Part shown: positions 38,211 through 46,809 of the stretch, one piece after another
Numbering within the stretch: position 1 is the stretch's first letter
Layout of the letters: every line of letters begins with the position of its first letter
Source: Candidatus Kapaibacterium sp.
Lineage (GTDB): Bacteria > Bacteroidota > Ignavibacteria > Kapaibacteriales > UBA2268
Length of the DNA: 64,000 nucleotides
NCBI GenBank assembly: GCA_963665665.1
Contig: OY762428.1
Coordinates: 3,200,001-3,264,000 of the forward strand
Reading direction: 5' to 3'
Made by a program: the position numbers and the translations under genes
Notes under the pieces: model-generated
Databases searched by the model: none
What the model saw: the letters and a program-made list of their open reading frames with translations, nothing else
Told to the model about the DNA's origin: nothing

Positions 38211-39566
38211 CTATTCTTTAACAAATATTTCGCTAAATGTGCTAAAGCGGAGGGTGTAAATCCCCGCAGGTAAGAAGGATATATCTATTCTATGATTGGA
38301 ACTGGCTTGCCTGTTCAAAATATTTATCACTCTTTTGCCAAGCAGGTTGTAGATTTCTATTTGAGTATCTTGAACAAGGGGTTGCACCCCCTTGACTGCA
38401 TGGTTTATTTCAATAAAATCGGAAGCGGGGTTGGGGAAGATAATTATATTGTCCAACAAATTTTTGTTTTCTACATTTGCTTCAATAATATTAATTTTTA
38501 ATGCAGGATCGCCAAATAAATGAAATTGAAATAAGGCTCTGTTATATTCTTGTGCCGTTACATAGGGGTAATATTTTTTTACAGTTTCAGGCATTTTCTT
38601 ATTATTAATTGCTTTTATAATTACATCACCAAGTCTCTCGTTTTTATTTACTTCCTTGCTGAAACCATACAATAAAGGATTCTGTCCTCTCGACGAAGTA
38701 TTGAAAGCGCCAATAAATGCAACAGCTCCATTTTTAGATGCAAGCATTTTTGTCGCAAAGCAATCTGTTTCAAGAGTATCAATTTTGCCGGTAAATGTCC
38801 CTGTAAGACAAGAAGCTGAAAATACAACAGGATAATATTCAGAATTTGTTAAAAACGGAATCCCAAAAACCCCCATGCCAAAAGACCATTTCTGAATATT
38901 GCCGTGGCCATGATATAGAATATACTTTACATCGTTATTTATTGCCTGCACATCACTTAAAGCATCATTGGGTGTTTCATCAAGCGATGTTTCGTGTCTG
39001 TGCATGTACCCATAGCTTTTAAAAAAGGAATTATACATCTCAAATAATATTTCATCATTAAACTCAAGAACCCAGGGTTCGAGAGGTTCTGTAGGGTTAC
39101 CGCCTGCATGTGTATATATTTTCTTAGGGATATTTTCTAAATTCTTTTCAAATGATATTGTTTTATGAATAATATTACTTAATTCTTCTGTATTATCAGC
39201 AAAGAACAAACCTATCGGAATCTGAATACTGAACAAACTGTCGGTTTGCTCTGAAACCCAGTAATTGTAGGATTCTACAGCGCTGGAATATGGTATTTTT
39301 TTTGAGGGAAAATCGGAATGGCCGCCTACTAAAAGTATGTATTGCGGATTAATGCTTGAAATATAATTCTGAAATTCAGCAATAGTTTTCCCAATATCAT
39401 TATTAAGTTTATGAAAAACCTCGAAATCTATTTCTCGATATTCTACAAATTCTTTTAGTATTTCTGAGTTGTAAAAAGAATCATTTGAAATAATTAGATA
39501 TCTATCTTTCGAATACATATCAAAATACGTAACAAAAAATATCACAATAAGTAAAAGCGCCCTCAT
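38211..39566 (-). CDS. Peptidase C25 (gingipain-like) with T9SS type A CTD
   Basis: YILLVG, catalytic YHGHG and SASCLTG, GAVAFIG, LFGDPAL; FPNPA...LPAGIY CTD. Confidence 0.88.
   Translation of the reverse strand: MRALLLIVIFFVTYFDMYSKDRYLIISNDSFYNSEILKEFVEYREIDFEVFHKLNNDIGKTIAEFQNYISSINPQYILLVGGHSDFPSKKIPYSSAVESYNYWVSEQTDSLFSIQIPIGLFFADNTEELSNIIHKTISFEKNLENIPKKIYTHAGGNPTEPLEPWVLEFNDEILFEMYNSFFKSYGYMHRHETSLDETPNDALSDVQAINNDVKYILYHGHGNIQKWSFGMGVFGIPFLTNSEYYPVVFSASCLTGTFTGKIDTLETDCFATKMLASKNGAVAFIGAFNTSSRGQNPLLYGFSKEVNKNERLGDVIIKAINNKKMPETVKKYYPYVTAQEYNRALFQFHLFGDPALKINIIEANVENKNLLDNIIIFPNPASDFIEINHAVKGVQPLVQDTQIEIYNLLGKRVINILNRQASSNHRIDISFLPAGIYTLRFSTFSEIFVKE
38299..38316. repeat. In-frame palindrome in CTD (encodes NRQASS)
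   Basis: GAACTGGC-TT-GCCTGTTC, one mismatch. Confidence 0.6.
38375..38394. repeat. In-frame palindrome in CTD (encodes VKGVQPLV)
   Basis: CAAGGGG-TTGCAC-CCCCTTG. Confidence 0.7.
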
Positions 39567-40771
39567 CTCATCACCAGAAATTTATCCGAATAATTCCCAA
39601 TTTTAATAAAATATTGCTCTGCGGGAAGACCTGAAATATCTATTCTTTGCATGGAACAGGCTTGCTTGTTCCATGCATTCAACACGCATTCGCCAAGCAG
39701 GTTGTAGATTTCTATTTCTTCGTCATCAACCCAGGGGTTAATCCCTGGGTTGACAATCTTAATTTCAATAAAATCTGAAGCAGGGTTGGGATAGATAGAT
39801 AGTATGGGTTCGTGAATATTATCATCAACTTCTGTTAGCTCTGAATATTTAAGAAGTGTCCTCTCCCCTCCGCAGGCATAAACTATATTTCGTATAGGAA
39901 ATACTTTTCCAAGTGTATTTTTTGTTCCGCTTTCTTCTTTAATCCATGTTTCTCCAAGATCCGTAGATTTTAAGATTGTACCTTTGTTGCCAACTGCCCA
40001 GCCATTGTTCTCATCTAAAAAAAATACGTCATATAGTGTAAGCTCTCCATATACAGGATTTTTCTTCGTTTGCCAGTCCATCCCATTGGTAGTTTTTGAT
40101 ATCATACCTGCATCACCAACGGCAAAACCTGTTTTTGTACCAGGTAAGAAATAAATCCCCACATGATTGTCGTGGGAATAACTTTGGTCCCTTTGGTCAA
40201 CATCGTCAATCAGATGCCTTATTACATATTCACCGCAAATCCAGGCCTCGTTTTCTGAAATCATTGAAACAGCATCAATATCAGAGGCAATATTCAGCTC
40301 AATTTTATTGATTCCGGAATCTGAAATTCTATATACACTCCCATTCTGCCCGGTTAAATATCCGGTTGATTCCATTGTAGGATTGGGTGGGAAGTCAATA
40401 TCGGTAATTGTTCCGTCCCCCATTGTCCCGTGATATTTCCAATCGGCCCCGCCATTAGTTGTTTTATATACTATACCGCTATAACCTGCGCAGAAACCGA
40501 AATTTTCATTAATCATAAAGATTGTTGTTAATTGGGTATTATATTCGGTATCCTGAGGAGTGAAAGTGACGCCGCCGTCATTTGTGAAAAATACTTTCTT
40601 AGCAAGCAAGGTTGTTATCCAACCGGTATTTTCGTCAATAAAGAAAACATCAGTAATCAAATCATTGCTGTCAATAGGGACATTTTCACCAATATCCACC
40701 CAGCCATACTCCTGGGCACTTAAGGGGAAAATAAAGAATATGGCAAGCAAAAGGGATAATATCGTTTTCAT
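39563..40771 (-). CDS. YCF48/BNR-repeat beta-propeller with T9SS type A CTD
   Basis: Repeats FTNDGG/KTTNGG/KSTDLG with DVFF.DE..GW; YPNPA CTD; start at MKTIL. Confidence 0.88.
   Translation of the reverse strand: MKTILSLLLAIFFIFPLSAQEYGWVDIGENVPIDSNDLITDVFFIDENTGWITTLLAKKVFFTNDGGVTFTPQDTEYNTQLTTIFMINENFGFCAGYSGIVYKTTNGGADWKYHGTMGDGTITDIDFPPNPTMESTGYLTGQNGSVYRISDSGINKIELNIASDIDAVSMISENEAWICGEYVIRHLIDDVDQRDQSYSHDNHVGIYFLPGTKTGFAVGDAGMISKTTNGMDWQTKKNPVYGELTLYDVFFLDENNGWAVGNKGTILKSTDLGETWIKEESGTKNTLGKVFPIRNIVYACGGERTLLKYSELTEVDDNIHEPILSIYPNPASDFIEIKIVNPGINPWVDDEEIEIYNLLGECVLNAWNKQACSMQRIDISGLPAEQYFIKIGNYSDKFLVMR
39648..39677. repeat. In-frame palindrome in CTD (encodes AWNKQACSMQ)
   Basis: TGCATGGAACAGGC-TT-GCTTGTTCCATGCA; 14-bp arms with one G-T pair. 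Confidence 0.85.
39726..39753. repeat. In-frame palindrome in CTD (encodes VNPGINPWVD)
   Basis: TCAACCCAGGG-GTTAAT-CCCTGGGTTGA; perfect 11-bp arms. Confidence 0.85.
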
Positions 40772-41144
40772 AGCCTTTAAACCAATGGTGTACAAGTTTT
40801 TATAAATTTATAAAATATCAGATTACTTTCAAAGAATATTTTATAACTGTCCCGATAAGGGAATACTTAAAATGCCTGAAAATTGTATCAATTATATATT
40901 CCATCATTTTTCGATATATTTCAAGTGGCAAATCACAATATATCGGAATAAGCCTAAATTAAAGAATTAGCGATATAATATAACTGAAAGGGCAAAATGT
41001 TGATTTAACTGATGTTCAATTAATGGTCTATCAATTGAACAAGCAGACATAATATATCACATTTAATTCATTTAGTCCCAAAGGTAACACGATTATCGAT
41101 TTTTTGGGGAATGGTAAATCCGATACTATCAAAAAAAGCTATTC

Positions 41145-42449
41145 CTAAATAATACCATAAGATTTCAGCTTGCGCCAAAGTGTGGTACGGTGCATTCCAA
41201 GTTCAATTGCTGCTTTGGATTTATTTCCGCCGTTTCTTATCAGTGCGTACATTATCTGTTCCTTTTCGCTGCTCCCGTTATTTGTATCAGGTTTTGTTTT
41301 CAGGCTGTCGCGTATATTTCTCGGAAGGTTATCTGCCTGGATTTCATTTCCCCGGCACATAACAAAAGCGTGCTCGATAGCATTTTCCAATTCACGAACA
41401 TTTCCGGGGAAAGGATAGCGGCGCAGCATTGCCATTGCTTCGGGTGATATGGATTTTATCTTCTTTTTAAATTTCTTCTTAAATGATTTAATGAAGAAAT
41501 CAGCGAGCAGCGGTATATCTTCCGGCCTGTCGTGCAGGGCGGGAACGTTAATATCCACAACATTGATCCTGTAATACAGGTCTTCGCGAAAATTACCGTT
41601 GGCAATTTCTTTCTTCAGGTCGGCGTTGGTTGCCGCAATAATCCGGGCATCTGATCTCATTGTTTTTGACGAACCAAGAGGCATGTATTCTCCGTTGTTA
41701 AGTACCCTTAGCAGTTTTACCTGCAGAGAAGTATCCATTTCGCTTATTTCGTCAAGCAGCAGAGTACCGCCATTTGCCATACAAAAAAGCCCCGGCTTAT
41801 CTCTCTTAGCATCTGTGAAGGCTCCTTTCTCGTACCCAAAAAGTTCCGATTCAAGCAATGTGGCCGGCAAAGCGGCACAATTAATTTTAATATACGGGCC
41901 ATACTGCCGGGGGCTCAGGTTATGAATTACCTGGGAAAATAGTTCCTTACCCGAGCCGCTGGGCCCCTGTACCAGCACGTTACAATCCGATTCCGCGATG
42001 TTCGGCAGCAGATGGATAAGTTGTTTCATTGCCGGGTTGACACTAACGATATCCTCGAGCTGCCTTTTTTGCTCAACATGTTTTTTAAGTTGTTCCAATT
42101 CTGATATATCGCTGAAAAATTCCACAGCCCCTACAACTTTGCCAACCTCGTCTTTTAGCAGGGTTGTGGTTACATTGATAGGAATTTCACATCCATTCTG
42201 AGAAATAATAGTTACCCTGACATTATCAATAGGAGCTTCGGTTTTCAGGGTATCCTTCAGCGCACACCTTTTATTACAAATTTCTGTGCGAAAAATATCA
42301 AAACAATGTTTTCCCAGAGCATCCTCGGCACTAAAACCGGTTATTTCCTCTGCCGCTTTATTGAACGAGGTAATGCGGCAACTCCTGTCAACAGTAAAAA
42401 CACCATCGCTAATACTATTGAATATTATCTTGCTAATTTTATCCGGCAT
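41145..42449 (-). CDS. PAS-domain sigma54-dependent enhancer-binding protein (Fis HTH)
   Basis: PAS; GPSGSGKE; ESELFGYEKGAFTDA; FREDLYYRIN; HTH LGMHRTTLWRKL. Confidence 0.95.
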   Translation of the reverse strand: MPDKISKIIFNSISDGVFTVDRSCRITSFNKAAEEITGFSAEDALGKHCFDIFRTEICNKRCALKDTLKTEAPIDNVRVTIISQNGCEIPINVTTTLLKDEVGKVVGAVEFFSDISELEQLKKHVEQKRQLEDIVSVNPAMKQLIHLLPNIAESDCNVLVQGPSGSGKELFSQVIHNLSPRQYGPYIKINCAALPATLLESELFGYEKGAFTDAKRDKPGLFCMANGGTLLLDEISEMDTSLQVKLLRVLNNGEYMPLGSSKTMRSDARIIAATNADLKKEIANGNFREDLYYRINVVDINVPALHDRPEDIPLLADFFIKSFKKKFKKKIKSISPEAMAMLRRYPFPGNVRELENAIEHAFVMCRGNEIQADNLPRNIRDSLKTKPDTNNGSSEKEQIMYALIRNGGNKSKAAIELGMHRTTLWRKLKSYGII

Positions 42450-42620
42450 CCTTTTCCATTCCGAGTGTTCATAAATATTCCAGTATGCTTATTACAATAA
42501 TAACAAGCTTTGGATAAAAATCAACCGTAAATATTTTTCCGTAATAATAAAGTTGTTGTTCTTATCTGTCAGAAACCATTTTATATTATAAGGCCTGAAA
42601 TAAAAGTATTTACTCGTACT

Positions 42621-43157
42621 TTACGCTGAGCAAAGCTCAATTTTTTTCCATTTGTCGCTTTCAATATTCAGTTTGTCGATAATAAGTGCAGCCTGGGAAT
42701 TCAAGGTAAACTGATCCGGCCTGTCCGGACCTACAAGAATAACCGGAGAAATAAAATTCCTGGCAAAATCCTCGATCGGCCTTCCTGAAAAGATTGCATT
42801 TTTATGCGGGTAAGCCAGCACAAGCATCTGAAACTCCCTGATCAGCAGGCAGCGATGCAGTTCTGTCCAGCTTTTATCATAGCATACCCTGAATCCAACG
42901 TTCAGGTAATCGCCTGCTTTCTCGTCATAGAAAAGTCGAAGATCTTTTTCTTTTCCTATCGCTATTCTGTCTAATTCATCTTTATCAACAGATTTTAAAT
43001 TTTCGTCAACTTCTTCGTAAGGATTCTGAAGAAATTCAAATACATTAAGCTGTTTGTCGGCGCTGGCTGCAAACCTCAGGGCATAATCGAAAGCCCAGTC
43101 GCCTTGCAGGGAATAGTTAGCACAAAATCCCACTGCATTGAAAGTTGGTATAGCCAT
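42621..43157 (-). CDS. Universal-stress-protein-like
   Basis: VGFCANYS..GDWAFDYALRFA; C-terminal SPVILVGP. Confidence 0.65.
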   Translation of the reverse strand: MAIPTFNAVGFCANYSLQGDWAFDYALRFAASADKQLNVFEFLQNPYEEVDENLKSVDKDELDRIAIGKEKDLRLFYDEKAGDYLNVGFRVCYDKSWTELHRCLLIREFQMLVLAYPHKNAIFSGRPIEDFARNFISPVILVGPDRPDQFTLNSQAALIIDKLNIESDKWKKIELCSA

Positions 43158-43193
43158 TGTAATATCTCCAATAAAAGTATTGTAAAAACCTAT

Positions 43194-44144
43194 TTATAAT
43201 TTCATGTTCTCAGTAGCTTCCTTCAGGTAATAATCCGAGTACAAAGCTCCGATAGGATTGTTTGCAAGGGATTTATCTTTAACAAACAAAGTTGTAACCG
43301 GAGCCTCGCTGTCCTGATTAAATATACAGTCCGAACCGATACACAGCCCCACCGATATATTCATGTCCGTCCCGATTAAATTCAATATTTTGGCCTGCCC
43401 TGCCGGATTGCATGGAGGAGATTCTTTTTCGTAATCCTCATCAGGATTGAAATTGTTTATCTTGCAGCACACCGGGAAAACCTGGAAAAAGCGTTTTAAT
43501 ACAGAAACAAGGATCTCTGTTGCCTCCTGCAGGTCAGTGCAATAAGCAACGCCGATTTTCCTGTAATTCATTTCCAAAGCGAAATATACCAGCTCGGACA
43601 AACGGCAAAGTTTTCGTTCATATTCGTAAGATATATCCCTGCTGATATCAATAATTTTCTTTCTGTCTTTCTTGTAGTCAGGAATATCAATTCCTGATAT
43701 TCCCTTGCACGGATTTCCTGCGAGGCAGGATTTTTCTTTGCAGTTCAGGCAGTTTATATAATAAACACCCTCTTCTTCAATATCATTTTCCTGAATATTA
43801 TCTACGGTTTTCACAGCGCTGAAACCAAAGCCCGGCCTTAAAGTATTGTTCTGTATTGCAACAGTCAGTTCGTCAATGGAACATGCAACATTATCAATTA
43901 TTCTGATGCCAAGCGAGCGGGCATAATTTTTATCGTCGTTATTGATTCCGCCGCATACAAGGAAATCAACCCTGTGCGAAGTAATTAATTTTAGTATATC
44001 CATCCATCCGGAACCACGGGATTCAATAGTATTAGTAAGAATTGTACCCTTACTGTCGGCAGCAATTTTTATGATCATTATGCTGTCGGCTATTGTGCAT
44101 CTCGGCGCTACTCTGCCGCTAAAAACCGGAACGGCGTATTTCAT
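43194..44144 (-). CDS. NifB/NifX-type cofactor-binding domain fused to a DUF1847-like Cys-rich domain
   Basis: YAVPVFSGRVAPRC...LVCGGI; KIGVAYC, VCCK, CNPAGQA, GLCIGSD, PVTTLFVKD; start 44144 after AGGAG. Confidence 0.8.
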   Translation of the reverse strand: MKYAVPVFSGRVAPRCTIADSIMIIKIAADSKGTILTNTIESRGSGWMDILKLITSHRVDFLVCGGINNDDKNYARSLGIRIIDNVACSIDELTVAIQNNTLRPGFGFSAVKTVDNIQENDIEEEGVYYINCLNCKEKSCLAGNPCKGISGIDIPDYKKDRKKIIDISRDISYEYERKLCRLSELVYFALEMNYRKIGVAYCTDLQEATEILVSVLKRFFQVFPVCCKINNFNPDEDYEKESPPCNPAGQAKILNLIGTDMNISVGLCIGSDCIFNQDSEAPVTTLFVKDKSLANNPIGALYSDYYLKEATENMKL

Positions 44145-44174
44145 GTTTCTTTCTCCTTTCTGCAACATAAAAAC

Positions 44175-44189
44175 ACAAGTTATGTGCCA
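44175..44189 (-). promoter_or_regulatory. sigma54-type promoter (leftward)
   Basis: TGGCACATAACTTGT about 30 nt upstream of 44144; -12 element is TTGT. Confidence 0.6.
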
Positions 44190-44319
44190 AGAGAAATCCA
44201 TGCTGTGATTATTCATTAAGCAAGCACCTGGTTTTCAAATTAAATGTATCTTTGTAACTATCAATATTATTATTATCTTAGTATGTGGGTAAAGTTATAT
44301 TTTATTGTTTTAAAGTTTT

Positions 44320-44410
44320 TTTTGCAACAGTGCAACAGGGGTATTCGAATACTGCAATAATACGTTGCATTAATGTTGCGATGCAATATAATGTTGCAAC
44401 AACTGCAACG
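44320..44410. promoter_or_regulatory. Cluster of TGCAACA/TGTTGCA half-sites, probable activator UAS
   Basis: About eight TGCAA(C/T) or reverse copies, e.g. TGTTGCA-ACAAC-TGCAACG at 44392-44410. Confidence 0.55.
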
Positions 44411-44605
44411 GTTTTGTTCTGACTAAATCCTTGAATTCGAGCAGCTACAAATTTTTTAATAAATATTTTGGGGACAAGCAGCAGCAAAAAATCAACAGTA
44501 TAATAAATACATGTAAATAAACAAATTATGTAATTACCAACAGGCCGTTGTTACAGCTCCGTCTGCTATTGCCAATACCCTTTAACTATTAAGCCAATTT
44601 TCCTT

Positions 44606-44620
44606 TGGTATGGTAATTGT
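44606..44620 (+). promoter_or_regulatory. sigma54-type promoter (rightward)
   Basis: TGGTATGGTAATTGT with -24/-12 spacing, about 43 nt upstream of ATG 44663. Confidence 0.5.
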
Positions 44621-44662
44621 AAAATTCCGGATAAAAATTAATTCATATCATTGGAGCTTAAC

Positions 44663-46093
44663 ATGACTGAAAATGTATCTTCCGCACAGGGACAAAAGGA
44701 AATTGAAAAATTTCCTTACTACATTGAAAAGAAAAACTTCGGCCCGCGTGTAGCGCAATTTTTAGAAGCTTTCGCGGCTGTATTATCCTACACAGACTAT
44801 AAGTCCCTGCTTGATTCTTATTGCAGGACTTCAGCAAAATGCAACAGGTGTGCCGTTGCCTGTCCGATTTTTATCACAACCCAGGATCCTAAAGATATAC
44901 CATGCTACAAAACAAATATTCTTTTGGACATTTATAAAAGATACTTTACTCTTGGGGGATGGTTCGGATCAAGGTTCAAAGCCGAAAGATTTGAACTTAC
45001 CGAGGAAATGATTGACGAGATGCTTGACCTTTTCTACAGGTGTACTGCATGCCGCAGGTGCACACGTGAATGCCCCATGGGAGTTGACCACGGGTTGCTT
45101 ACAAGGCTTGGCAGGTATATTCTAAGCCTTATCGGTATAGTGCCAAAAGCCTTGCAGGTAAGTACTCGTGAACAGCTTGAAGGAGAAACACACAATACCT
45201 CGAAAATTCCAAAAGCTGCTTTGCTGAATACGCTTGAATTTCTGTCCGAGGAAATTGAGGAGATGACAGACGTAAAACTTGAATTCCCTACCGACAAGGA
45301 AAACAGGGATTATGTTTTCTTTTGTGCGGTAAGCGATTATTTGCTGGAACCGGACACATTGATGGGTAATGCTGCTGTATTATATGCTGCCGGTGATTGG
45401 GACAATTGGACTATTGGTACCTGCAATTACGACGGAATCAATTACGGGCTATTCTATAGCGACTGGCATTTAGAAAATATTATTAAGCAGTTGATTGGAG
45501 AAGTGGACAGGCTGAATGGAAAGAACATACTTATTGGCGAATGTGGCCATGCTTCACGTTCCGCTCATGATTTTGTACCCGTTTACGGTGGCAAGAATCC
45601 TTACCCGGTATTCAATTTCATGGAATATACCCTTGATTGCCTTAGGAAAGGCAAAATCACACTGGACCCGAACATTATCACCAAGAAAGTAACATACCAC
45701 GATCCGTGCAATATTGCCCGTTCAGGATGGATAGTGGACCAACCGAGGGAAATAATCAAGTCGTTCTGCAAAGATTATGTTGAAATGACTCCTTACGGAC
45801 AGGACAACTTCTGTTGCGGCGGCGGCGGAGGGCTTGTTTCCATAGATGAAATTCACAAATACAGAATGGAAGTCGGAGGCAGGGTTAAAGCTGAACAAAT
45901 AATTAAAACGGGAGCTGAAATCGTTATTTCGCCCTGTGCCAACTGCAAGAAACAGCTTAAGGAACTTGTAGAATATTACGAGTTGCCATGTAAGGTGGTT
46001 GGCCTCCACGACCTGATATTTCAGGCTATACACCTTCCCGGCGGAAAATCCCCCGCGGAACGAAAAGAAGAAAGAGAAATGTTTGAAATGTAA
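44663..46093 (+). CDS. HmcF/TmcB/DsrK-like FeS-CCG oxidoreductase
   Basis: SAKCNRCAVACP, CTACRRCTRECP, GECGH, TYHDPCN, FCCGGGGG, PCANC. Confidence 0.88.
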   Translation: MTENVSSAQGQKEIEKFPYYIEKKNFGPRVAQFLEAFAAVLSYTDYKSLLDSYCRTSAKCNRCAVACPIFITTQDPKDIPCYKTNILLDIYKRYFTLGGWFGSRFKAERFELTEEMIDEMLDLFYRCTACRRCTRECPMGVDHGLLTRLGRYILSLIGIVPKALQVSTREQLEGETHNTSKIPKAALLNTLEFLSEEIEEMTDVKLEFPTDKENRDYVFFCAVSDYLLEPDTLMGNAAVLYAAGDWDNWTIGTCNYDGINYGLFYSDWHLENIIKQLIGEVDRLNGKNILIGECGHASRSAHDFVPVYGGKNPYPVFNFMEYTLDCLRKGKITLDPNIITKKVTYHDPCNIARSGWIVDQPREIIKSFCKDYVEMTPYGQDNFCCGGGGGLVSIDEIHKYRMEVGGRVKAEQIIKTGAEIVISPCANCKKQLKELVEYYELPCKVVGLHDLIFQAIHLPGGKSPAERKEEREMFEM

Positions 46094-46110
46094 ATAAATT
46101 TGGATGTACT

Positions 46111-46809
46111 ATGGAATGGTGGATTGATTTTGCAAAAGGGCCATTGTTTGCTCTTACTTTCCTGATAATGATTCTTGGCCTTGCCAGGCACGTTGTTTTG
46201 CAGATATATAACCTGTTTGTCAGCAAGGGTGGAAGGCTGAAGAATGTTTCATGGAAAAGTATATTTTCTGATATGGCCGGCTGGGCACTACCTGTAAAGC
46301 ACATGATAAAAGGAACGGTAGTATTTTCAAGCCTGTCGATTATTTTTCATGCGGCATTGATCCTGGTGGCTCTGCTGCTTACTGATCATATTGTGCTGTG
46401 GGAAGGCTTCCTTGGTATTGGCCTGCCCGAAATAGGGCGTGCTTTTGCAGACGCTCTGACGATAATCGTTATGGCTTCTATTCTGGGCCTGTTGGCGTGC
46501 AGAATATTTATCAAAAGGCTCAGGGCCATGAGTATGAAAAGCGACTATTATCTGCTTATACTCATATTTCTGCCTGTTATGTTTGGTTTCATGGCAGGTC
46601 ACCCCGGCGTTAATCCCTTTACATGGGAACTTGCAATGCTTTTGCATCTGCTAAGCGCCGAATTACTATTCGTGGTAATTCCTTTCTGCAAGCTGGCCCA
46701 TATCGTTCTTTATTTCTTCGATCGTCTTTCGCCTATCCACTGGCAGCTTAAGCCTGGTGCCGGCGATAAAGTAGCACACGCTTTGTTCGGAAAGGAGGCT
46801 AAAGTATAA
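46111..46809 (+). CDS. HmcE/NarI-like membrane cytochrome b
   Basis: About five TM helices; IFH...H, HLLSAE..IPFCKLAH. Confidence 0.88.
   Translation: MEWWIDFAKGPLFALTFLIMILGLARHVVLQIYNLFVSKGGRLKNVSWKSIFSDMAGWALPVKHMIKGTVVFSSLSIIFHAALILVALLLTDHIVLWEGFLGIGLPEIGRAFADALTIIVMASILGLLACRIFIKRLRAMSMKSDYYLLILIFLPVMFGFMAGHPGVNPFTWELAMLLHLLSAELLFVVIPFCKLAHIVLYFFDRLSPIHWQLKPGAGDKVAHALFGKEAKV

Noticed and set aside
44663-46809. Simple duplicate of dsrKM
   Set aside because: Lacks the DsrM TCGQQKSL and DsrK GECGHMWR signatures; closer to HmcF/E- or Tmc-like subunits
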